64,000 nucleotides of DNA from Bacteroidales bacterium UBA2861 (GTDB lineage Bacteria; Bacteroidota; Bacteroidia; Bacteroidales; UBA932): the NCBI GenBank assembly GCA_002350615.1, contig DEFD01000027.1:26400-90399 (forward strand), written 5' to 3'. The notes under the pieces were generated by a model, which saw only the letters and a list, made by a program, of their open reading frames with translations, had not been told where the DNA came from and made no database searches. Below, in pieces: positions 49,627 through 58,017 of this stretch; the stretch's first letter is position 1; each line of letters opens with the position of its first letter. Made by a program: the position numbers and the translations under genes.

Positions 49627-49694
49627 ATTTTTAGTTTAGCGTTTATTGGCTTGCTACAATTCGTAAAGTTACAAATCTTTCGGAAAAATACAAA

Positions 49695-49723
49695 CGCTCC
49701 GACAGGTAAACCTTTTCGGAGCG
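49695..49723 (-). terminator. Probable terminator of the fab operon
   Basis: CGCTCCGA..TCGGAGCG stem followed by TTTGTATTTTT on the minus strand. Confidence 0.55.
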
Positions 49724-49731
49724 ATGTAATA

Positions 49732-49764
49732 GGAGCGAAGCGACAAGGCTGCTTCTGCAGCCCG
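49732..49764 (-). repeat. 33-bp element, inverted copy of 44386-44418
   Basis: Reverse complement CGGGCTGCAGAAGCAGCCTTGTCGCTTCGCTCC matches 32/33. Confidence 0.85.
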
Positions 49765-49810
49765 CTGGGTTATGGGTGTCCCCGAGAGGAGGAAAGGCAG
49801 CCGCTGGCTG

Positions 49811-51067
49811 CTAATGCTTGTATTGCCTGAACGCAATACAAGCATTATGGCCACCAAATCCCAGGCTGTCCGAAATTCCCAGCGTACACTGGACTTTCTT
49901 CGCCACATTAGGCGTATAGTCCAAGTCACATTCGGGATCCGGCGTATCCAGGTTGATGGTCGGGGTGACGATGCCCTCCTTGAGGGAAAGCACGGTCGCG
50001 ATGGCTTCCGCAGCGCCGGCGGCCCCGAACATATGGCCCGTCATGCTCTTGATTGATGTTATGTGCGCCTTGTAAGCGTTCTCTCCAAGCGCAAGCTTGT
50101 ATGCCGCGGTCTCGGAAAGGTCGTTTAGGTGCGTTCCGGTGCCATGGGCGTTGATGTACAGCACGTCTTTCTCCGGATCATATCCGGCCTCGTCGAGAGC
50201 TTCGCGCAGGCAGTATGCCTGGGTGGTTCCCTCCGGACGCGGTGCGGTGGAATGGTAGGCGTCGCAGGTGTTGCCGTAGCCCACGATCTCTCCGTAAATC
50301 TTCGCTCCGCGCGCAAGGGCGTGCTCCAGTTCTTCGAAAATGAGAATGGCGCCGCCGTTGCCCATCACGAAACCTCCGCGGTTTGCATTGAAGGGAAGCG
50401 ATGCGTATTTGGGATCTTCCGCCCTGGAAAGCGCTTTCGCATTAGCGAAACCGGCGATTCCGAGAGGGATGGTCGCATGCTCGCAACCGCCCGTGATGAT
50501 GGCGTCGGCATAGCCATATTTAATGGCCCTGAAAGCCTCGCCAAGGCAGTGGGAAGATGTCGCACAGGCTGTGACTATGTCCAGGCATACGCCCTGGGCA
50601 TGGTTCTTTATGGCGATGTGCCCCGCCGCGATGTTCGAAATCATCGAAGGGATGAAGAGGGGCGAAATCCACTGCCCGGACTCGTCCTCTATCATCTTCT
50701 GCGTCTCGCGGTACTGGATTTCAAATCCGCCGATTCCGCTGCCCACATAGACTCCAAGCCTGAAAGGATCGATATTGGCGTCCTCGCCTTCGCTGTGCAG
50801 GCCGGAATCCTGCATCGCCTGGTAGGCAGCCGCCACGCCATACTGGGTGAAAAGGCCCTGCTTGCGCACGAATGCCTTGTCCATGCCGTACTGCAGGGGG
50901 TCGAAGTCCTTGACCTGGCCCGCTATGTGCACGGGAAGTTTCGAAGAATCGAATGTAGATATGAAGTCTATGCCGCAGACTCCGTCACAAAGGTTTTTCC
51001 AAAAAGTAGGTATGTCATTGCCAACCGGAGATATAACTCCCATACCCGTAACTACTACTCTTTTCAT
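49811..51067 (-). CDS. fabF: 3-oxoacyl-ACP synthase II
   Basis: RVVVTGMG, TACATS, INAHGTGT..ND, KSMTGHMFGAAG, SLGFGGHN. Confidence 0.95.
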   Translation of the reverse strand: MKRVVVTGMGVISPVGNDIPTFWKNLCDGVCGIDFISTFDSSKLPVHIAGQVKDFDPLQYGMDKAFVRKQGLFTQYGVAAAYQAMQDSGLHSEGEDANIDPFRLGVYVGSGIGGFEIQYRETQKMIEDESGQWISPLFIPSMISNIAAGHIAIKNHAQGVCLDIVTACATSSHCLGEAFRAIKYGYADAIITGGCEHATIPLGIAGFANAKALSRAEDPKYASLPFNANRGGFVMGNGGAILIFEELEHALARGAKIYGEIVGYGNTCDAYHSTAPRPEGTTQAYCLREALDEAGYDPEKDVLYINAHGTGTHLNDLSETAAYKLALGENAYKAHITSIKSMTGHMFGAAGAAEAIATVLSLKEGIVTPTINLDTPDPECDLDYTPNVAKKVQCTLGISDSLGFGGHNACIAFRQYKH

Positions 51068-51083
51068 GTTTTGTTTTTTCCTC

Positions 51084-51195
51084 ATAACAGCCGCCCTTTC
51101 ATAAGCGCCTCACTTCGTTCGGCCCCTCCCGTGGAACGGGCCCCTCCCTCTTATCATGCCGAGGGTGGCAGAGCTTATGAAAGGGCAGCTGTTAT
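51084..51195. mobile_element. MITE-like element (112 bp) with 23-bp terminal inverted repeats
   Basis: ATAACAGCCGCCCTTTCATAAGC ... GCTTATGAAAGGGCAGCTGTTAT (22/23), filling the fabK-fabF intergenic space. Confidence 0.65.
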
Positions 51196-51196
51196 A

Positions 51197-52150
51197 TCAG
51201 TTATTAACTATAGTTTCCGGTATGGTGAGAATAATTCTCTCCATACCACTCATAATGTCTTTCACAATTTCAGCGGCGGTCTCTTTCTTATGGATCATTC
51301 CCGCAACCTCGCCGGCAAGGAAACTGCCTCCGGAAAGGTCGCCGTCGAACACGGCCTTGCGCATCGAGCCTGTGCCGAAAGCGCGAAGTTCGTCGGGGCT
51401 CACTGCGGGATCCGCTTCCATGCGTGCAAACTTCTTGCTGAAGGGGGTCTTGAGGCTGCGGACAGCGTCGTGAAGGCTCTCGCCCGTAATGATCGTACTC
51501 ACGTCGGAGGCGGCTATGAGGCGCTCTTTGTACACCTCGTGCACGCAGCACTCATCGGCGATCAGGAAGCGCGTTCCCACCTGCACCCCGCAGGCTCCGA
51601 GCATGAAGGCCGCAGCGGCTCCGCGACCGTCGAAGATACCTCCTGCGGCAAGCACGGGGATATCCAGGGCGTCCACCACCTGGGGCACAAGGGCCATGGT
51701 GTGGGTATCGCCGATATGGCCTCCGGATTCAGCGCCTTCCGCCACAACTGCGGTGGCACCAAGTTCCTGCATCTTGAGCGCGTAGGCCACTGAAGCCACC
51801 ACGGGGATGAACTTAATGCCGGCGGCCTTCCACTTTTCCACATAGGGTGAAGGGGTTCCGGCTCCGGTGGTCACTATCTTTATGCCTTCCTCCACGACAA
51901 GGTCCGCGATTTCAGCGGCATTCGGGGCTGCGAGCATGATGTTCACGCCGAAGGGCTTGTCGGTGTGTTCGCGCGCCTTGCGGATTTCCGCACGCACGGC
52001 CTCCGTTCCATAATTGATTGAAGATATGAGTCCAAGGCCTCCCGCATTGGAAACGGCCGCCGCGAGTCTGCCGTCGGCAATCCATGCCATACCGCCCTGG
52101 AAGATGGGATAACGTATCCCGAGAATATCACAAATGGGGCTTTTAATCAT
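51197..52150 (-). CDS. fabK: Enoyl-ACP reductase II (FabK/nitronate monooxygenase family)
   Basis: PIFQGGMAW, AVSNAGGLG, EGAESGGHIG, AAGGIFDGRG; located in the fab cluster. Confidence 0.9.
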   Translation of the reverse strand: MIKSPICDILGIRYPIFQGGMAWIADGRLAAAVSNAGGLGLISSINYGTEAVRAEIRKAREHTDKPFGVNIMLAAPNAAEIADLVVEEGIKIVTTGAGTPSPYVEKWKAAGIKFIPVVASVAYALKMQELGATAVVAEGAESGGHIGDTHTMALVPQVVDALDIPVLAAGGIFDGRGAAAAFMLGACGVQVGTRFLIADECCVHEVYKERLIAASDVSTIITGESLHDAVRSLKTPFSKKFARMEADPAVSPDELRAFGTGSMRKAVFDGDLSGGSFLAGEVAGMIHKKETAAEIVKDIMSGMERIILTIPETIVNN

Positions 52151-52172
52151 GATGCAAAGATACACAAATTAA

Positions 52173-53126
52173 CTATATCTGCCATTCCAGAAGCGCGGCC
52201 CCGCTGAGAAGGCCCGCTCCGAAAGCACTGAATACCAAAATATCTCCTTTCTTGAAGCAGCCGGCCCGGTTGCATTCGTCAAGGAGTATGGGGCAGGAAG
52301 CCGATGAAGAATTGCCGTGGTCGTAAATATTCGTATGGAACTTCGACTCGTCAACGTTCAGTTCCGAACGGATGGCATCTACTATCCGCATATTCGCCTG
52401 ATGGATCATGAAATGGTCCACATCTTCCAGGCGCAGGCCTGCATCTTCCACAAGCTTGCGGATGTCACGGACCGAGGTGCTCACCGCAAAGCGGAACACT
52501 TCCCTGCCCTTCATCTGCAGGGGGACGTCTTCCTCCTGCTTCACCACGTAGGGAGTCGGCATGAGGTTGCGGTATTCCCAGATCTTGTCAGGAGAAGGTT
52601 CGCTGTAAAGCTTGATGCCGCGAAGTCCGTCTCCCAGCGTGAGCACCGCCGCTCCGGCACCGTCGCCGAAGAGCACGCAGGTGCTGCGGTCCTGCCATGA
52701 CGTCATCTTGGACGGCTCTTCCGCACACACCACCAGCACGTTGTTCACCTTGCCCGCGGCGAAATAACTGTCCGCGATGTCCATGGCGTAGATGAATCCG
52801 GGGCAGGCGCAGTTTATGTCCATACAGGGGCAGTGAAGGCCGGTCTTGGCGGAAATGATACTGCTTAGTCCGGGGGTCATGTATTCATTCACCACGTTGG
52901 AGCAAATGAAAAGGTCGATGTCCTCCACCGTGAGGCCGGCCATCTGCAAAGCACTTTGGGCAGCCTGGGAGGCAAGGTCTTCCAGGCGTTCGTCGGTGAT
53001 GACGTGACGGCTGCGGATGCCCGTGCGGGGGAAAATCCATTCGTCGCTCGTATCCAGGAAACGGGCGATATCGTCGTTGCTTACTTGTTTGCGGGGAATC
53101 GCACTCCCCGTTCCGATGATTTTCAT
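52173..53126 (-). CDS. fabH: 3-oxoacyl-ACP synthase III
   Basis: DTSDEWI..RTGI, CACPGF, LFGDGAGA, HQANMRI, GNSSSAS, FGAGL. Confidence 0.93.
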   Translation of the reverse strand: MKIIGTGSAIPRKQVSNDDIARFLDTSDEWIFPRTGIRSRHVITDERLEDLASQAAQSALQMAGLTVEDIDLFICSNVVNEYMTPGLSSIISAKTGLHCPCMDINCACPGFIYAMDIADSYFAAGKVNNVLVVCAEEPSKMTSWQDRSTCVLFGDGAGAAVLTLGDGLRGIKLYSEPSPDKIWEYRNLMPTPYVVKQEEDVPLQMKGREVFRFAVSTSVRDIRKLVEDAGLRLEDVDHFMIHQANMRIVDAIRSELNVDESKFHTNIYDHGNSSSASCPILLDECNRAGCFKKGDILVFSAFGAGLLSGAALLEWQI

Positions 53127-53140
53127 ATAGCGTTCAGGTT

Positions 53141-54268
53141 TTAGTCTTCAACAATCTTGTCTTTGTCGTAAAGATGCACTTTCACCTTGCCCTCGAGCAC
53201 GGCGTAAGCGTTCTCTGCAAGGGATTCGAGCTCGTTTTCGCCGGGGTAAACCTCGACCGGGGCCACGAATGCCACCCTGCGCCGGATGTCCTCCGTGATG
53301 GCCACGCTGTTGGCAGTGCCGCCCGTGAGAAGAATGACATCCACCTTGCCCTCGACAGTGGCTGCAAGGGAAACGATGTATTTTGCCACATTCAGGCTGA
53401 AAGCTTTGATGAAGGTCGCCGCTTTTTCATCGCCTTCCAGGCCCATGCGTTCTATTTCGGCAAGGTCGTTCGTACCGAAGAAGGCCACCGCCCCGCCCTG
53501 GCCGAGCACGCGCTTTTTTACCTGCGCCTCGGTGTATCTGCCGCTGAAGCACATCTCTATAAGCGGGAAAGCCGGGCAGGAACCCGCGCGTTCCGGAGTG
53601 AAAGGGCCATCGCCTCCGAGGCCATTGTTGGTGTCTATCACCTTGCCGTTCCTGTGAAGGGTTATGGTTATGCCGCCTCCCATGTGGGCCACTATGGCGG
53701 TGATGTCGTTCGCGGCATGTCCGTGTTCGCGAAGATATTTCTTCACCGTGGCGCGTGAGTTGAGCGCATGGAAGAATGCCCGGCGCGGGAACTCCGGCAA
53801 ACCGCCGATGCGGCATTCCGGCAGCATTTCATCAGCCATCGGGGGATCCGCGATATAGGCGTGACATACCCTTGAAGTGTCTCCTTCCTGGGCCAGACGC
53901 TCATTCACCATCTCCGCGATATCGTCCGCGATAACCGCGGAAAGATTGCAGGCATGGGTGCCGTCCCGGCAGGTGAGAAGCACGTCGCGCATGTCCCGGT
54001 TCACCTTGTAAACCCCCGTTATCACAGGAGAGAAAAGGCCTCCCCGGGCCATGACTATATCTATATCCTTATAATATATGTTCTTGGAACGCAGGAAGTC
54101 CGCCACTACATCGCGGCGCATGGTATCCTGCTGCATCACATGGGAATACGCCGACAGTTCCTCGGCGTTGTGAACGAGTTTCTGTTCGAAGACCTTTCGC
54201 CCGTCAACAAAATAGCCGAGCTTGGTCGATGTAGAGCCGGTGTCAATGGCAACTACCTTTCCTTTCAT
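53141..54268 (-). CDS. buk: Butyrate (branched-chain carboxylate) kinase
   Basis: GSTSTK, RGG, HACNL, FHALN, AHMGGG, GDGPFTPERAG, VYPGENE. Confidence 0.92.
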   Translation of the reverse strand: MKGKVVAIDTGSTSTKLGYFVDGRKVFEQKLVHNAEELSAYSHVMQQDTMRRDVVADFLRSKNIYYKDIDIVMARGGLFSPVITGVYKVNRDMRDVLLTCRDGTHACNLSAVIADDIAEMVNERLAQEGDTSRVCHAYIADPPMADEMLPECRIGGLPEFPRRAFFHALNSRATVKKYLREHGHAANDITAIVAHMGGGITITLHRNGKVIDTNNGLGGDGPFTPERAGSCPAFPLIEMCFSGRYTEAQVKKRVLGQGGAVAFFGTNDLAEIERMGLEGDEKAATFIKAFSLNVAKYIVSLAATVEGKVDVILLTGGTANSVAITEDIRRRVAFVAPVEVYPGENELESLAENAYAVLEGKVKVHLYDKDKIVED

Positions 54269-54390
54269 AGTAAGTTTAGTACACTGTTTGCGTTAAACAA
54301 AACGCCAACCCGATGCAAATATAAGAATTATTTTCAAAATAGTATGTGCGGCATACTATTTTTGACCGGAGCCGGACTCTTTTCGGAAGG

Positions 54391-56100
54391 TCAGGAAAAA
54401 CGTTTCCTTGCGGCCGAGACCAGAATAAGTGCGGTGAGGAGGAGGAAGACCAGCGTGCAGATGCGGCCGGTAACATCGCCGAGGCGGACAAAGAGAGTCT
54501 GCCTTTCTTCTGGATGAATCTGCCCGGAAAGGGTTTCCCGGCGCCACCAGTCCGTATGGGATACGATATCGCCGCGTGAATTTATGAAGGCGGATATTCC
54601 CGTATTGCCGCAACGGGCAAGGTCCCGTCTGAGCTCTATGGAACGGAGGGCGGAATAGGCCAGATGCTGCTTGTAGCCAGGGGTATCGCCCCACCATGCA
54701 TCGTTGGTGATTACCGTCATGAACTTCGCGCCTTTGCGCACGTAATCCGTGCAGAATTCACCGTAAACGGATTCGTAGCAGACTGCGCATCCGAATGGTA
54801 CGAAGCTATTGTCGTCCGGACTGTAATTCAGCACGTCGGCGCTTCCCTGGCCGACCAGGCGCCCCATAACGTTGCCGAGCAGGTTGTCCAGGGGCACGAA
54901 AAGCTTCGGATAAGGAGTGGATTCCACTCCGACGACCAGTTTGCTCTTATGATATATGTCATAACGCCCGCTCGCATCCATGACTATGGCGCTGTTATGC
55001 CCCTGCCGCCAGAAATTCCTGTCCAGCTCGCGCCACAGGGGTGAAGGAGGCTTCGGGCCTTCGTAGAACTCGTAGGTGGACGCTCCGAAGAGCAGGTTCG
55101 CTCCCGGCCAGCTCTCAAGGAAGGACTTGAAGCTGCGGAAACTGGCGCTGCGGGGCACAGAAGCCAGGAAAATGTCATTGGTGAATGTCTCCGGGGCGAT
55201 GATAAGCCCGCGCCAGGAGGCACTGTCGGAAGCGCCACCGGGGCGGACACCCGAAGCCACGGCTGCGTGCAGAGCCGAATCCGCCTGCGCAAGCAGGATG
55301 CCGTTCTGCTGCTTCTGGCTCATGGCCCTGAACTTATGATAGGGGTCTATGTTCGGCTGGACTATGACGGCGTCAATACTTTCGTCCGATGGCTTCCAAT
55401 AGTGATACAGATGCGCCGACGCCGCGATGGGAAGCGCTATCAGCAGGGCAAGCGCCAGCGTGGCGACGCTTTTCCGGTTCCGTGCCAGGAAAGAGCCTTG
55501 GGAAGCATTCTTCCAGCCTTCCAGATATGCCTTGAGAAGGGCGAATATGCCGATGTTGCAGGCCCATATCCAGAGCGAGCCTCCCAGGCTGCCGGTGTAC
55601 TCGTACCACTGTGCAAGCACGGTAGTCCGGGCAAAGGCGTTGCCGAGAACGAGCCAGGGCCAGGATATCTGGGCATGCACGAGATACCAGCGTTCCCAGG
55701 CGATCCAGGCGCAAACCAGGAGTATGTAGGGAAGTGCACCCGCAGCCGGATTGTCGCGGAAGCCCTCCTTAAGATTCGAGGAAAGGACCCTCTTTCCGAG
55801 GCGATAGAATCCGAAAACCAGGGACATCTGCAGCGCATTTGCCAGAATCGCGAAAACCGCACCGCCGGCAGTTGCGTTCCATACCCACCAGGTAGTGAGC
55901 GCGTTCCAGAGGACGAAGCTGCCGTAATGGACATAACGGAATCCCTTCATGCCGGAGGAGTCGGCAAGATAATCCGCGAACAACAGGGGCACAAAGGCGA
56001 AAAGAGCCACCGCTCCCGTCCCGGGGACAAGCCACGGGATACTCATCAGCACCCCTGAAAGGAGTGCAAGCGCCCATATCTTACTGCATGTTCTGCACAT
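54391..56100 (-). CDS. lnt: Apolipoprotein N-acyltransferase
   Basis: TM N-terminus, QPNIDPY.KF, PET, YHKSKLVVGVE, VCYESVYG, ITNDAWWG, NTGIS. Confidence 0.92.
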   Translation of the reverse strand: MCRTCSKIWALALLSGVLMSIPWLVPGTGAVALFAFVPLLFADYLADSSGMKGFRYVHYGSFVLWNALTTWWVWNATAGGAVFAILANALQMSLVFGFYRLGKRVLSSNLKEGFRDNPAAGALPYILLVCAWIAWERWYLVHAQISWPWLVLGNAFARTTVLAQWYEYTGSLGGSLWIWACNIGIFALLKAYLEGWKNASQGSFLARNRKSVATLALALLIALPIAASAHLYHYWKPSDESIDAVIVQPNIDPYHKFRAMSQKQQNGILLAQADSALHAAVASGVRPGGASDSASWRGLIIAPETFTNDIFLASVPRSASFRSFKSFLESWPGANLLFGASTYEFYEGPKPPSPLWRELDRNFWRQGHNSAIVMDASGRYDIYHKSKLVVGVESTPYPKLFVPLDNLLGNVMGRLVGQGSADVLNYSPDDNSFVPFGCAVCYESVYGEFCTDYVRKGAKFMTVITNDAWWGDTPGYKQHLAYSALRSIELRRDLARCGNTGISAFINSRGDIVSHTDWWRRETLSGQIHPEERQTLFVRLGDVTGRICTLVFLLLTALILVSAARKRFS

Positions 56101-57181
56101 AATTCCTCCATTTGTCAAGCAGCTGCTCCATATCCTGCGGAAGGACGGAATCGAACTGCAACCATTTCTTGCTCGTAGGATGCTCGAAACCCAGGGTTTT
56201 TGCATGCAGGGCCTGGCGGGGACATATCTCGAAGCAATTGTGGATGAACTGCTTGTATTTCGCATAAATGGTTCCCTGCCTTATCTCGGCGCCTCCATAG
56301 CGCTCGTCATTGAAGAGCGGGTGGCCGATGGACGCCATGTGCACGCGGATCTGATGGGTTCGACCCGTTTCCAGTTTGCATTCTACAAAAGTAATGAATC
56401 CGAAGCGCTCCAGCACCTTGTAATGGGTGACCGCCCATTTTCCTTTTTCCGGATCGTCCACCGGACGGAAACGCAGCCTGTCATTGGGATCCCTCCCGAT
56501 ATAACCTTCTACCGTGCCCTCGTCTTCTTTTATATTTCCCCATACTATCGCCCTGTAGCGACGGTCCACCGAATGCACGTAGAACTGCTTTGCCAGATGC
56601 ATCTGGGCATCTTCATTCTTTGCCACCAGAAGCAGGCCGCTGGTGTCTTTGTCAATCCTGTGCACCAGGATGCCGCCCTTCTCCGGATCAACTGAAGGGG
56701 CGTCCGCGGCAGCGGCGGGGATGCTCTCCTGCCGTCCTGAATCACGGTTCAGATGATACAACAGGGCGTTTACCAGGGTGCCGTCGAAATGCCCGTGACC
56801 GGGATGCACCACCATGCCGGCGGGCTTGTTCACCACCAGCAGGTCGTCGTCCTCATAAACTATATCAAGGGGGATATCCTGCGGCTTAAGGTCCACTCCG
56901 CGGCGGCGGTAGGGCATCACGAAACGCACCAGGTCGCCGGGACGAACTATGTAGTTGGCCTTGACCGTCTTCTCCCCTACCTGCACGAAACCTTCCTTGA
57001 TGGCGCACTGGATCCGGTGACGGGAAGTATCCTCAAGATGCGCCGACATCCATTTGTCGATGCGCACAGGTTCCTGCCCGGCATCCACGCTCAGCCGGAA
57101 ATGCTCGAACATTTCCTGATCCTGCTCGTCTTCAGGTGCAGAATCCAGCCAGTCCGGAGTGATATTCTCGTCCAAAAGCAT
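56081..57181 (-). CDS. rluD: RluA/RluD-family pseudouridine synthase
   Basis: S4 domain, NKPAGMVVHPG, VHRIDKDTSGLL, LETGRTHQIRVH. Confidence 0.9.
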   Translation of the reverse strand: MLLDENITPDWLDSAPEDEQDQEMFEHFRLSVDAGQEPVRIDKWMSAHLEDTSRHRIQCAIKEGFVQVGEKTVKANYIVRPGDLVRFVMPYRRRGVDLKPQDIPLDIVYEDDDLLVVNKPAGMVVHPGHGHFDGTLVNALLYHLNRDSGRQESIPAAAADAPSVDPEKGGILVHRIDKDTSGLLLVAKNEDAQMHLAKQFYVHSVDRRYRAIVWGNIKEDEGTVEGYIGRDPNDRLRFRPVDDPEKGKWAVTHYKVLERFGFITFVECKLETGRTHQIRVHMASIGHPLFNDERYGGAEIRQGTIYAKYKQFIHNCFEICPRQALHAKTLGFEHPTSKKWLQFDSVLPQDMEQLLDKWRNYVQNMQ

Positions 57182-57190
57182 CGGGAAGCG

Positions 57191-57976
57191 TCAGAGAGCT
57201 GCCACCTTTTCGGGATTGGTGGTAAGATAAAGGGAGATGCCTGCGCCTTTGGAGAGGGCTCCGATGGCGGAGGAAGGACGCTGCTCATAAACCACGGCGT
57301 TCAGGGAATCGCTGTAGTTGCGGACATCCTTGTCAAAGACCAGACGTACCACATTAAGGGAATTGTCATGGACCGCATCCACCGCACGAAGATATTTCAT
57401 CCCCACCACATCGGGCACATAGGTCGTGCCTTCGGATGAGTTAAGACCTACGACGAGGTCTATCGGGGATCCGCTGTCCAGCTTGATTCCGGGACGAATT
57501 TCGTGGTTGTTATACAGCTGGCGAAGGACATTGTTGGTCGCGATATCGTTCACATATACAAGCCGTCCGAGAGACAGTCCTTTTGCCATCAGTTCGGATT
57601 TGGCCTGGCGCATGGAAAGCCCGACGAGTGAAGGCATGCTCACCTGTTTTGCAGTCTTGGCATTTATGGTAAGAAGCACCCTGCGGCCCTTTTTCACATG
57701 GCTTCCAGCCTTCGGATTCTGGGCGAACACCGCCCCCTTCTTCATCCTCCGCACATACACGGAATCCCCTATTTCCACGCATACCCCAGCCGAAGCCGCT
57801 TCGAACTGCGCCTCCTCGAAGCTGAGGTTGGTAAAGTCGGGAACGATTATTTCCTTGTTATGACGGGTAACTGCACCCAGGAAGATATTGACGGCCAGAA
57901 CTATGACAAGAACCGCCGCCACCGCCAGAAGAAGATTCCTGACTATCCAGTTGTTGAGTATCGCTTTTATGTCCAT
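57191..57976 (-). CDS. PASTA-domain protein
   Basis: N-terminal TM helix then three PASTA repeats (VPDF, MPSLVG, VPDVVG). Confidence 0.88.
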   Translation of the reverse strand: MDIKAILNNWIVRNLLLAVAAVLVIVLAVNIFLGAVTRHNKEIIVPDFTNLSFEEAQFEAASAGVCVEIGDSVYVRRMKKGAVFAQNPKAGSHVKKGRRVLLTINAKTAKQVSMPSLVGLSMRQAKSELMAKGLSLGRLVYVNDIATNNVLRQLYNNHEIRPGIKLDSGSPIDLVVGLNSSEGTTYVPDVVGMKYLRAVDAVHDNSLNVVRLVFDKDVRNYSDSLNAVVYEQRPSSAIGALSKGAGISLYLTTNPEKVAAL

Positions 57977-58017
57977 ATCCTACAAATATAAGAATATTTT
58001 GCGATATGGACGGCCTT

